This document shows, in pieces, positions 37,858 to 46,711 of a stretch of 64,000 bases of DNA; within the stretch, counting starts at the first letter, position 1; the number at the start of each line of letters is the position of its first letter. This DNA comes from an uncultured Acidobacteriota bacterium (GTDB lineage Bacteria > Acidobacteriota > Thermoanaerobaculia > Multivoradales > UBA5704), in assembly GCA_963770895.1 (NCBI GenBank), contig CAVYRF010000002.1, positions 4,736,001 to 4,800,000 on the forward strand. Direction: 5' to 3'. The notes beneath the pieces were generated by a model. It did no database searches and was not told where the DNA came from. It saw nothing but the letters and a program-made list of their open reading frames with translations. The translations under genes and the position numbers were made by a program.

Positions 37858-40542
37858 ATGCGAGCGATGCGCTCTTGTACCCTGGCCGCCCTGGCTGTCT
37901 GCTGCCTGGTGGGGACGCCACCGTCGCTTCACGCGGACAGCGAGAAGGCGATGGTGGCCCGCCTGCAGCCGCAATACCGTGACTGGTGGCTGGAAGTGTC
38001 GCTGCTGATCGGCCGCGACGAGCGCAAGGAGTTCCTGGGGCTGACCAAGGACTACGAGCGCGACCTGTTCATCCGTCGCTTCTGGGAGGCGCGCAACCCG
38101 GATCCGGGCATTGCGCCCAACGCCTTCAAGATCGAGTGGGAGCGCCGCATCGAGGCCGCCCGCGACTACTTCGGCAACATCACCGAGGACCGCGCGGTGA
38201 CTCTGCTGTTGCATTCGGCGCCGCCGGACCGCATCCAGACCGATTGCCTGCAGGCCACCTGGCCGCTCGAGATCTGGCACTACCGGTTTGGCGAGCGGAT
38301 TCCCGACGACCTGTACCTGCTGTTCTACCAGACCGCCGGATCCGGTCCGTTCCGCCTCTGGCGACAGGGGGACGGCCTGGCGACGCTGATCGCCAGGCTC
38401 AGCAACCAGCGGTCGCCACAGCTGCCGTCGCAGGGTGGAGTCGGGCAGGGGTCGCGGCCGCCCGACATCAATTTCAGCGGCTTGGGTGCGATGTCCAACG
38501 ACCTGTCGACGTTCTGGACCTTCCTGCAAGCCAACTGCCCCGACGAAGCGCCGATGCTGATGAACGCGGTCACCACGGTGGAGCGGGAAGACAGCTTTCA
38601 CATCCTCGACAAGCTCCTGGTGCCGCCGCCGCCGCACGACGCGGAGTGGCTGGCCACGTTCCGCGGCTACTCGACCAACGTGCCGCCCGGATCGCTGGCG
38701 CTGCCGGCGACCCTCAAGGTGACCTTCCCCGCGCGGCAAAAGAGCCGCGCCGTGGTTTCGGGCACGGTGGCGGTGCCGCCGGGGGCGGCCCAGGCCGTCG
38801 AGCTGGAAGGGCATCGCGCCTACAACTTCCTGCTCACCGGCGAGGTGGTGCAGGGGACCGAGCTGGTCGAATCGTTCCGCTACCGCTTCGACATGCCGGC
38901 GCCGAGCGGCGCGCAGGATACGCCGCTGCCGCTGGTTTTCGAGCGCACGCTGGCGCCCGGCGACTACGTGCTGCTGCTGCGCGTCGAAGACCTGCATTCG
39001 CATCACAACTTTCACGCCCAGGAGCCGATCACCGTGCCGCCGCTGGACGGCCTGCCCGACGTGGCCACCGCGGCGCGGCCGCCCGAGGTCACCGCGGTCC
39101 TGGATGCCGCGCGCGCCGAGCTGAAGGCCGGCGACGCCGGCGCGGCACCGCCGGCCGCACCGGGTGCCGCCGGCGCGCCGGCCACGGCGGCGGGTGGTGG
39201 CGCCGGCGCCGCGATCCGGCTGGTGCCTCCCGAGGGCGAGCGCATCACCGGCGCCGTGCGGCTGGAGGCGCAGGCCAGCGGCGACGCGGTGCGCAAGGTG
39301 ACGTTCTACCTCGACGGCAAGGCGATGCTCAGCCGCGTGCGGCCGCCCTATTCCGTCGAGCTGAACCTGGGCGACGTGCCGCTCACCCACGAGGTGCGCG
39401 CCGTCGCCTATGCGCGCGACGGCGCCGAGCTGTCGGCCGACACCGTGATGCTGAACGTACCGCGCCAGCGCTTTGCCGTGCACCTGGTCGAGCCGCGCGC
39501 CGGCGGCACCTACAAGGGCCAGGTGCTGGCGCGCGCCGAAGTGCATCTGCCCGATGGCGGCAAGCTCGACCGGCTGGAAGTGTTCGTGGACGACCAGCGC
39601 GTCGCGACCCTCTACCAGCCCCCCTTTGCCCAGCAGGTGACGCTCAAGGCGGACAACGCCAGCTACGTGCGCGCCGTCGGCTACCTGACCGACGGCACCT
39701 CGGCCGAGGATCTGGCGGTGATCAACTCGCGCAACGCGGTGGAATCCCTGGACGTGCGCCTGGTGGAGCTGTACGCCGCGGTGGTGGACCGCGCCGGGCA
39801 TCCGGTCGATCGGCTGCAGCAGAGCGACTTCAAGGTCACCGACGGCGGTGAGGCGCAGACCCTGCTGCGCTGCGAGCGGGTGCGGGACCTGCCGCTGCAC
39901 GTGCTGTTCGCGCTGGACACCTCGGCTTCGATGACGGCGATCCTGCCGCAGGTGCAAAGGGCGGCGCTCGCCTTTTTGCAGCGCACCTTGACGCCCAAGG
40001 ATCGTGCCGCGCTGCTCACCTTCAGCGACAGCCCGATCCTGCGCGTGCCCTTCACCGCCAACGTCGATACCCTGGCGGGCGCGCTCGCCGGCCTGAGCGC
40101 CGAGCGCGGCACGGCGCTGTTCGACAGCCTGGTGTACGGCCTTTCCTACATGAAGGGCGCCCAACACACCCAGTCGGCCCTCGTCCTGTTCACCGACGGC
40201 GACGACCACCTGAGCCATCTGCGCTTCGAGGAGACGTTGGAGTATGCGCGGCGCAGCGGCATCGCGCTCTACACCATCGGGGCCGGCGTCTCCCGCCTCG
40301 ACCTGCAGTCGCGCGCCCACCTGAGCCGCCTCGCCGAAGAGACCGGCGGCCGCAGCTACTTCATCGACTCGGCGGCCCAGCTCGACAGCGTCTACGACGC
40401 CATCGGCACCGAGCTGCGCTCGCGCTACCTGCTGGCCTACCAGCCCAACAAGCCGCCGCACATCGGCGAGTTCCGCAGCGTCGACGTCCAGGTCCTGGGC
40501 GACGGCCTGCGCGTCAAGACCCAGCGCGGCTACTATCCCTAA
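37858..40542 (+). CDS. GWxTD-like + Ig-like + VWA domain secreted protein
   Basis: ER.LFIRRFW..RNPDP..N.FK..W.RRI; DTSAS MIDAS; FTDG; LAEETGG; ELRSRYLLAY. Confidence 0.88.
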   Translation: MRAMRSCTLAALAVCCLVGTPPSLHADSEKAMVARLQPQYRDWWLEVSLLIGRDERKEFLGLTKDYERDLFIRRFWEARNPDPGIAPNAFKIEWERRIEAARDYFGNITEDRAVTLLLHSAPPDRIQTDCLQATWPLEIWHYRFGERIPDDLYLLFYQTAGSGPFRLWRQGDGLATLIARLSNQRSPQLPSQGGVGQGSRPPDINFSGLGAMSNDLSTFWTFLQANCPDEAPMLMNAVTTVEREDSFHILDKLLVPPPPHDAEWLATFRGYSTNVPPGSLALPATLKVTFPARQKSRAVVSGTVAVPPGAAQAVELEGHRAYNFLLTGEVVQGTELVESFRYRFDMPAPSGAQDTPLPLVFERTLAPGDYVLLLRVEDLHSHHNFHAQEPITVPPLDGLPDVATAARPPEVTAVLDAARAELKAGDAGAAPPAAPGAAGAPATAAGGGAGAAIRLVPPEGERITGAVRLEAQASGDAVRKVTFYLDGKAMLSRVRPPYSVELNLGDVPLTHEVRAVAYARDGAELSADTVMLNVPRQRFAVHLVEPRAGGTYKGQVLARAEVHLPDGGKLDRLEVFVDDQRVATLYQPPFAQQVTLKADNASYVRAVGYLTDGTSAEDLAVINSRNAVESLDVRLVELYAAVVDRAGHPVDRLQQSDFKVTDGGEAQTLLRCERVRDLPLHVLFALDTSASMTAILPQVQRAALAFLQRTLTPKDRAALLTFSDSPILRVPFTANVDTLAGALAGLSAERGTALFDSLVYGLSYMKGAQHTQSALVLFTDGDDHLSHLRFEETLEYARRSGIALYTIGAGVSRLDLQSRAHLSRLAEETGGRSYFIDSAAQLDSVYDAIGTELRSRYLLAYQPNKPPHIGEFRSVDVQVLGDGLRVKTQRGYYP

Positions 40543-40668
40543 CCCGCGGCGGTTGGCGCGCGGGGGTTGAGGCGTGGAACCTGGGACGGCCTTGAGGGGC
40601 AACCGGGCCTTGGACCGGGCTGCCCCTCCTCGATTCCTTCCGGCCGACGCTCGGCAGCGCGCTGTTGC

Positions 40669-40824
40669 CTAAGGGCAAATCGTCGAAGTGCACGTCGGGC
40701 AGGTCGTCTGAGCATAGCTGGTCAGGCAGACGCCTCCATTGAGCTTCTTGAGCAGGGCGGGATTCAAGTGGTGCAGGGTTTCCCGCGAGAGCTTCAGGGT
40801 TTTCCTCGGTCCGCTCTTTTTCAT
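40669..40824 (-). CDS. RiPP (lanthipeptide-like) precursor peptide 3, 51 aa (not in ORF track)
   Basis: TAAGGAGG SD; MKKSGPRKTLKLSRETLHHLNPALLKKLNGG-VCLTSYAQTTCPTCTSTICP*. Confidence 0.88.
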   Translation of the reverse strand: MKKSGPRKTLKLSRETLHHLNPALLKKLNGGVCLTSYAQTTCPTCTSTICP

Positions 40825-40847
40825 TTCAGTTCCTCCTTAATTCGAAA

Positions 40848-40877
40848 ACACTATGGTATTCAAGGAAGCTGTGTCAA
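40848..40877 (-). promoter_or_regulatory. Putative sigma70 promoter of precursor 3
   Basis: TTGACA-18 nt-TAGTGT on the minus strand. Confidence 0.55.
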
Positions 40878-41055
40878 CAGAGGAGCCGCTACAGAAGGTC
40901 GGGCGGGACGGGCACGGGGCGGCAGCGGCAACACACGAATGCACCAGTACTGGGCTCCAGACGCATTTGCGTTTGCTGCCGTATACACTGCAGACTGCAA
41001 ATGACACCGGTCGCGCCCCGGCCAGAGGGCGCGGGACCGGTCGACAGGGGGAGCT

Positions 41056-41664
41056 ATGAGCCAGCGGCGGCAGATGCGACGTGGATCCATGGGTGTGCAG
41101 TCGTTTGCCGGCGCGGTGATGCTGGCGTTGCTCGCGGCGGGGGCGGCGCGGGCGCAGCCGCAGACCAACAGCAGCTGGACCGTGCGCGGCTATCTGTCGG
41201 GCGTCGCCGCGACGGAGAACGACCTGAGCGGCCAGCTGGGCTTCGGGCTGGATCTTGAGTACCGGCCGCTGCCGCTGCTGGGCGTCGACCTGAGCTTCGC
41301 CGAGCTGCGGACGATCCAGACCACCACCGACTTCCCGGTGCCGCCGACGCTCCCTTCCACGGTGCGCTTCAACATCCGCATGATGCCGGTCATGGTCGGT
41401 GTGTACGTGCACCCGAACCTGGGAGTGCCGTTCGACTGGTACCTGGGGCCGACGGTCGGCGCCACCTTCTTTGGCGGCGATGACAACGGCGAGTTTACCA
41501 ATCCCAGCCACGCCATGGCGTTGGGCGCGGTGCTCGGCTTCGACGTGCCCCTGGCCGCCGGCTGGGGAGTCGGTGCCAATGCCCGCTACGCCCATATCAC
41601 CGGCAGCTTCACCATCCCTGTCGATTGGTTTCAATTGAGCGGCGGCGTTTCGTACACCTGGTGA
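41056..41664 (+). CDS. Outer membrane beta-barrel protein (OmpW/OmpA-like)
   Basis: Signal peptide, amphipathic strands, C-terminal GVSYTW. Confidence 0.85.
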   Translation: MSQRRQMRRGSMGVQSFAGAVMLALLAAGAARAQPQTNSSWTVRGYLSGVAATENDLSGQLGFGLDLEYRPLPLLGVDLSFAELRTIQTTTDFPVPPTLPSTVRFNIRMMPVMVGVYVHPNLGVPFDWYLGPTVGATFFGGDDNGEFTNPSHAMALGAVLGFDVPLAAGWGVGANARYAHITGSFTIPVDWFQLSGGVSYTW

Positions 41665-41744
41665 GCCCGCGGGTAGCCGGCGGGTTGCAGGCCAGGCGCG
41701 GCGATCCTCGCGATCCTCGCCGGCAGCCGTGGTGACCGCCAGCC

Positions 41745-42587
41745 CTACGGGTGCAGCGCCTGCGCCTTCAGGAAATCGACGATCTTGGCGGCGGCGCCGG
41801 GCGGCACGGTGTGGCCGCCGGCATGGACGATCATCTCGACCGGAGCGCCTTTGGACGAAGGGTAGAGAGTGCAGCCCTGGCCGCAGGCCTGGCCGCCGGT
41901 CGTGGCGCCGTCGACCGCCTGCGCGGCGGCGACGGCTCGCATCTGGCTGGCAACAGGAACGATGGCGTCCTGCTGGCCGATGACCTGCAAAAGCGGCTTG
42001 GCAACGGTGAGCTGCATCCCCGTCCGCAGCGCTCCGGCAATCGACGCGAAACCGGCGAAGGTGCCGGCGCGCGCGGTCCACAGCAGGTAGCTGAAATAGC
42101 CGCCGTTGGAAAAGCCCGCGGCATAGATGCGCCGCGGGTCCAGCGGGTACTTGGCCTTGAGCGACGCCAGCGCCGCGTCGAAGAACTTGAGATCGCGGTC
42201 GCCCAGGTCGCCGGCGTTGCTCTGCCAGCCGGGATGGCGCCCCTGCGGGTCCACCGGGCTTGGCGTCGGCAGGCCCTGCATGTAGACCACCAGCGCTTCC
42301 GGCCACAGGCTTTGGAATCGCATCGCCAGGGCAGCCGTGCCCATCGTGCCGCCGTGGCCGTGGAATGCGAACAGCACCGGCGTCTTTGCATCCTTGAACG
42401 GCGAGGTCGGGGCAAAGACCAGCGCCTGACGGTCCACGCCCTCGATCGCCCAGTGCATGGTCAGCGGCTGGGCTGCGGCCGGGCGCCCCGCCGCCGCGGT
42501 CAGCAGCAGGCCGGCAAGGCCCAGCACGATGCCGGCCGTGCGGGCCGGCCATGATGTGCAAGGTTGGATCGATCTGTCTGGCTTCAT
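41745..42587 (-). CDS. Secreted esterase (PHB depolymerase/LpqC-like)
   Basis: FHGHGG, GFSNGG, QD, GGH motifs. Confidence 0.88.
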   Translation of the reverse strand: MKPDRSIQPCTSWPARTAGIVLGLAGLLLTAAAGRPAAAQPLTMHWAIEGVDRQALVFAPTSPFKDAKTPVLFAFHGHGGTMGTAALAMRFQSLWPEALVVYMQGLPTPSPVDPQGRHPGWQSNAGDLGDRDLKFFDAALASLKAKYPLDPRRIYAAGFSNGGYFSYLLWTARAGTFAGFASIAGALRTGMQLTVAKPLLQVIGQQDAIVPVASQMRAVAAAQAVDGATTGGQACGQGCTLYPSSKGAPVEMIVHAGGHTVPPGAAAKIVDFLKAQALHP

Positions 42588-42610
42588 GGGGGGGCTGCAC
42601 TCCCGTCGGA

Positions 42611-43714
42611 TCAGTTGGCGTCTGCCTGGCCTGCGTCGACATCCAGGTCCGCCGGCGGCAGGAGGCGCTGTAGCCGCGCCAGCAGCAGACGGCCCTTGCC
42701 CACCGCGGCGGGGGTGGACAGCACCAGCACGAGCGCACCATGGCCGCCTTCGCGCCGCACCACGAGGGTGCCGGCATCCGCTTCCAGGACGGCCGATCCG
42801 AGCTGGCCGATCCCCAGACCGAAGGTTGCCACGTCCGCAGCGCCGAGGAGCCGTGCCAGCAGCTCGCTGCTGGCAGCAGCGGTGCCGGCGGCCGTGTCGC
42901 CCGCGAGCGCCAGTACGCTGGGGGTGGGAGCCAGCTGCAGCAGGAGGCGAAAGCCCACCAGCGCGCGCACCTCCATAACCACCTGGCGAGCCTCCATCGA
43001 CAGCGGCTGCGACACCCGCGACGGCGGCTCCGGCAGCGTTCGGTCTGCCTGCGGCGGCACTGTCAGGTGCGGGGGAGCCTGTGGCGTCGCGTCGGGCTCG
43101 AAGCCGGGACTGGAGTCGGGGTCGAGGCTGGGCCCGGAGCCGAGATCCAGCACCTGTTCGGCGGCCGAACCCGCGGCTGGCGACAGATCCAAAACCTGCT
43201 CGGCCGCCGGCGTGGCAGATCCGGAAGGCGCAAGGTCCAGGACGGCTTCGGCGGGAGCGTGGGAGTCCGCGTCAGGAGCCAGATCCAGCGCCACGCCAGC
43301 CGCCTGTCCGGCCGTCGACGTGGCGGGAAGGCCGAGCACCCGCTCGGCAACGGCCAGCAGCACGCCCGCGTCCAGCGGCTTCTTGAGCACCCCGACGACG
43401 CCCAGCTTTTCGACCTCGCGCTCGACCTCGTCGTCGACGATGCTGGAGATCAGCAGCACCCGCGTCGCCGCCAGCTGCGGCACCTGGCGCAGCCAACGGC
43501 AGATCTGGTAGCCGTCCACGTCCGGGAGCACCAGGTCGCAGATCAGCAGGTCGGGCACCGCGCCAGGCAACCGGGCAACCGCCTCGTAGCCCGAAGCACA
43601 GCTGGCGACCGAGATCCCGCGCGCCCCCAGCACCTGTCCGATCTCCGCCCGCACGGCGGAGCTGTTGTCGATGACCAGCACCCGCGCCGCCCCCCCGAGC
43701 GCCGTCATCGCCAA
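42611..43714 (-). CDS. Response regulator: REC + repeat linker + Roadblock/LC7-like domain
   Basis: ICDLVLP..KP receiver; C-terminal LGIGQLGSAVLEADAGTLVV..VGKGRL. Confidence 0.8.
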   Translation of the reverse strand: MAMTALGGAARVLVIDNSSAVRAEIGQVLGARGISVASCASGYEAVARLPGAVPDLLICDLVLPDVDGYQICRWLRQVPQLAATRVLLISSIVDDEVEREVEKLGVVGVLKKPLDAGVLLAVAERVLGLPATSTAGQAAGVALDLAPDADSHAPAEAVLDLAPSGSATPAAEQVLDLSPAAGSAAEQVLDLGSGPSLDPDSSPGFEPDATPQAPPHLTVPPQADRTLPEPPSRVSQPLSMEARQVVMEVRALVGFRLLLQLAPTPSVLALAGDTAAGTAAASSELLARLLGAADVATFGLGIGQLGSAVLEADAGTLVVRREGGHGALVLVLSTPAAVGKGRLLLARLQRLLPPADLDVDAGQADAN

Positions 43715-43986
43715 GGCCGCAAGGAGCCACGCCGCGCCGTGCCGCCCGCGGTCACTCCAACCACCGATTGCCGAAGCATGTTGCGGTCAGTATACCGGCA
43801 GCCGCCCGCACCCCGCAACGAAACGGCCCCTCGCGCGACGGCGGCCGCCAAGCCAATGACGAGAATCCGTGCGGCATGTCCGTCCAAAGCGTCATGGCGT
43901 CCTGCCAGACCCGGTGGTAGATCGGAAACCGCTGGTCATCTGGATCGAGACATGCGGGTGAAGGGCCGACTCATAGGGAGAGCAGC

Positions 43987-46635
43987 ATGTTGCACGAAGG
44001 CAGCGGTGCCGGCCGTCACACGGCGGCGGAGCGGCAGGGTGTCGCGGACGCTCCGGCCGCAGGGCGGCTGCGGAAGATCGCCGTCGTGGTGGTGCACGGT
44101 GTCGGGGACCAGAAGCCGGGAGAGCCGGTGCGGGCGGTGGGCAACCTGCTGCTGAGCTCCCAGAAGCAGGACTGCGGCTCAGTTGGCGAGCTGGCGCCAC
44201 GGACGGTGCGCATCCCGCTGCGCAAGGTCGCGGTTGCCGGGAGGGTCGAGACGCCCCGCAAGCGCGGCATGTTCACGTTTGACGAGCGGTCGCCCTACGC
44301 CCGCTCCAAGCTGCACCAGGCGAGGGCCACCCCTGGCCCTGGTCCTGGTCTCCGGTCGCCGGAAGGGGATGCGCCGCCGCCGCAGGGGCAGAGCGCTGGC
44401 CGGGGCGCCCGCAACGACGCCGGCACCCAGGACGGCGGGGATGCGGGGTACGAGTTCATGCGGGCGCAGCTTGCGGGCTATAAGCCTGCGGCCGCGGGCG
44501 ACAAGGAGGAGCTGGCCTACGAGGTCGCGTGCCTGGAAGGCTACGTACGTGACGGGCAGGGCAAGCCGGTGGCGCGGCTCGACATGTACGAGATGTTCTG
44601 GGCCGACCTGGGGAAGATCGGCACCGGCATTCTTTCGGTCTTTGGGCACCTCTACCAGCTGTTGTTCCACCTGCCCAGCCTGGGGCGCCAGACGGCGGAC
44701 TTCACCGCGATCGAGCAGCCGGGAAAGTGGGCGTGGCAGGCGTTCATGCGTTCTCGCAATGCCGCCGTGCGCGTCCTGACCCTGGCGGTGCCGATCCTCA
44801 ATCTGATCCTGGTCATCGCGTCGCTGGTCGCTCTGTCGGGAGCGCCGCGGTTGCAGCGCTATCAGCCCTGGGCCGCCGCGGGCCTCGCCGTCCTGTTGTC
44901 GATCGGGGCGGTCCTGGCATGGCTGTGGAAGAAGCCGCCGCCGACGACCGTGTCCTGGTATCTGCGGCCGATCGCTGCCGGCGCCGTCCTGGTCGGCCTG
45001 AGCCTGACGGCTGCCTGCGCCTATCCCAATCATGCCTTGGCCATCGAAGCGTGGCTGGCGGGATGTGTCGCGGCGCTGGTCGTTTTGGGCCGGTACGACA
45101 AGTTCAGGCCGGGGGCGCTTGGCTGCGGCCTGGTCGGGATCGCGGCTGCTTCGGCGTGGTTTGGCTGCGAAAGCTGGACCGCTCACGGATCGGCGGCCGG
45201 CAACGCGACGATCGGGCTCCATGTCATCCAGCTCGGGCTGTGCGCGCTCAGGATTTCATGGGTGCTGGTGGCGCTCTGCTTTGCGGGGGCGCTGGCGGCG
45301 AGCGCGTGGGCACTGGTGAGCACACGCCCTGCTGACCGTCGCCGCTCAGCCCGCGGCGTGTGGACCGCCCACACCACGCTGGGTCTCTCGTCGGCGCTGG
45401 TGCTGATCCTCAACCTGTCGCTGTGGAGCGCGGTGATTCAGTTTGCCGCCAAGCCCCTGTTGCAGCCGGACCCGCAGGGCAACCCGGTGACCGTACAGCA
45501 GCTGTGCAACGGCCACCCTTGCGCCGACCTGACCTTGCAGCAGCCGTGCGCCAGGATCCAGCCGCTGCCGGTGGGGAAGTTTTGGCAGGAGCCCGATACG
45601 GCCTGCGCGGTCGATCTGGCCAATGAACTGATCACTGTCCACGCGGGTTGGGGTTTTGTGCTCTCCCTCTGCGGGCTGGCCGTGGTGCTGCTGGTGGCGG
45701 TGTGGGGGCTGGCGCCATCGATCGTGGCCGAGATCGATCCGCCGCAGCGCTCCAAAACGGAACGGGCGCGGCGCTTCGGCCGGTGGCTCACGTGCGGAAT
45801 GAGTGTCATCGGCAGGTGCGTCTTCCTGCTCGGGCCGCTGCTCGTCGGCGGCGTCCTGTGGTCTGCCGTCCTGGCCGGTCACGGCCATTCGCCGATCCTG
45901 TTCTGGATCTCGGACCTGGCGGTGTTCGCACTGGTCGGCGGCAGGCAGTGGTTGAGCTCGGTGGGCGTGATCCTGGGGATCATGCTGGAGATCGACAACT
46001 ACATCCGCGAGCACCCGACCGAATCGGCGCCGCGCGCCCGGATCGCCGAGCGCTTCGCATCCCTGCTGCGCCATATCGGGCAGGACCGGCGGCACGGCCT
46101 TGCAGGGTACGACGCGGTGATCTTCGTCGCGCACAGTCAGGGGACCGTGGTCACGGCGGACCTGCTGCGGTTCCTGGCGATGGAGCGCCGGCTGCCGGAG
46201 GCGCAGCACGAGCCTGCGCTGCGCTGGCTGGAATGGACTCCGATCTGTCTGTTCACCATGGGATGCCCGCTGCGTCAGCTCTACGGGTGGTGCTTTCCCA
46301 ACCTGTACGACTGGGCAATGCCACCGGCGACGGCCGCGGCCGGCAGCTGGCTTCCCGGCAACGTGCGCTGGCTGAACGCCTACCGCAGCGGCGACTACGT
46401 CGGCCGGTATCTATGGGCGCCGCCCGAGCATCCCGACGTGTGGACACGCTGGCCCGCCGGCGCCGCAGGACTGATGCACTTTGTGAACGGCGCGGGCACG
46501 CAGGCCGAGGGGTGCATCGGCGAGGGCGCCCACACCCACTACTGGGACGCGACGGCCGGCGACGTGGCCGCGCTGCTCCAGGGGCTGGTCGTTTCCAGCC
46601 TGGGTGAGCCGTTCTCTCCCTTCCCGCCGGGCTAG
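43987..46635 (+). CDS. Membrane protein with split alpha/beta-hydrolase domain
   Basis: N-terminal VVHGVG, many TM segments, AHSQG, TMGCPL, DYVG, HTHYW. Confidence 0.8.
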   Translation: MLHEGSGAGRHTAAERQGVADAPAAGRLRKIAVVVVHGVGDQKPGEPVRAVGNLLLSSQKQDCGSVGELAPRTVRIPLRKVAVAGRVETPRKRGMFTFDERSPYARSKLHQARATPGPGPGLRSPEGDAPPPQGQSAGRGARNDAGTQDGGDAGYEFMRAQLAGYKPAAAGDKEELAYEVACLEGYVRDGQGKPVARLDMYEMFWADLGKIGTGILSVFGHLYQLLFHLPSLGRQTADFTAIEQPGKWAWQAFMRSRNAAVRVLTLAVPILNLILVIASLVALSGAPRLQRYQPWAAAGLAVLLSIGAVLAWLWKKPPPTTVSWYLRPIAAGAVLVGLSLTAACAYPNHALAIEAWLAGCVAALVVLGRYDKFRPGALGCGLVGIAAASAWFGCESWTAHGSAAGNATIGLHVIQLGLCALRISWVLVALCFAGALAASAWALVSTRPADRRRSARGVWTAHTTLGLSSALVLILNLSLWSAVIQFAAKPLLQPDPQGNPVTVQQLCNGHPCADLTLQQPCARIQPLPVGKFWQEPDTACAVDLANELITVHAGWGFVLSLCGLAVVLLVAVWGLAPSIVAEIDPPQRSKTERARRFGRWLTCGMSVIGRCVFLLGPLLVGGVLWSAVLAGHGHSPILFWISDLAVFALVGGRQWLSSVGVILGIMLEIDNYIREHPTESAPRARIAERFASLLRHIGQDRRHGLAGYDAVIFVAHSQGTVVTADLLRFLAMERRLPEAQHEPALRWLEWTPICLFTMGCPLRQLYGWCFPNLYDWAMPPATAAAGSWLPGNVRWLNAYRSGDYVGRYLWAPPEHPDVWTRWPAGAAGLMHFVNGAGTQAEGCIGEGAHTHYWDATAGDVAALLQGLVVSSLGEPFSPFPPG

Positions 46636-46711
46636 GGACAGGGCGGTGCAGCGGCGGCGCCGGGTCGGTCCGGCGCTCTCCAGGCTGCCCGGATTGGTGT
46701 AGTGTGCGGGC

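Noticed and set aside
30287-40602. Very long antisense ORFs (e.g. 30287-32821, 32818-34962, 37840-40602)
   Set aside because: Typical stop-poor shadow frames of high-GC genes whose opposite strand has clear motifs
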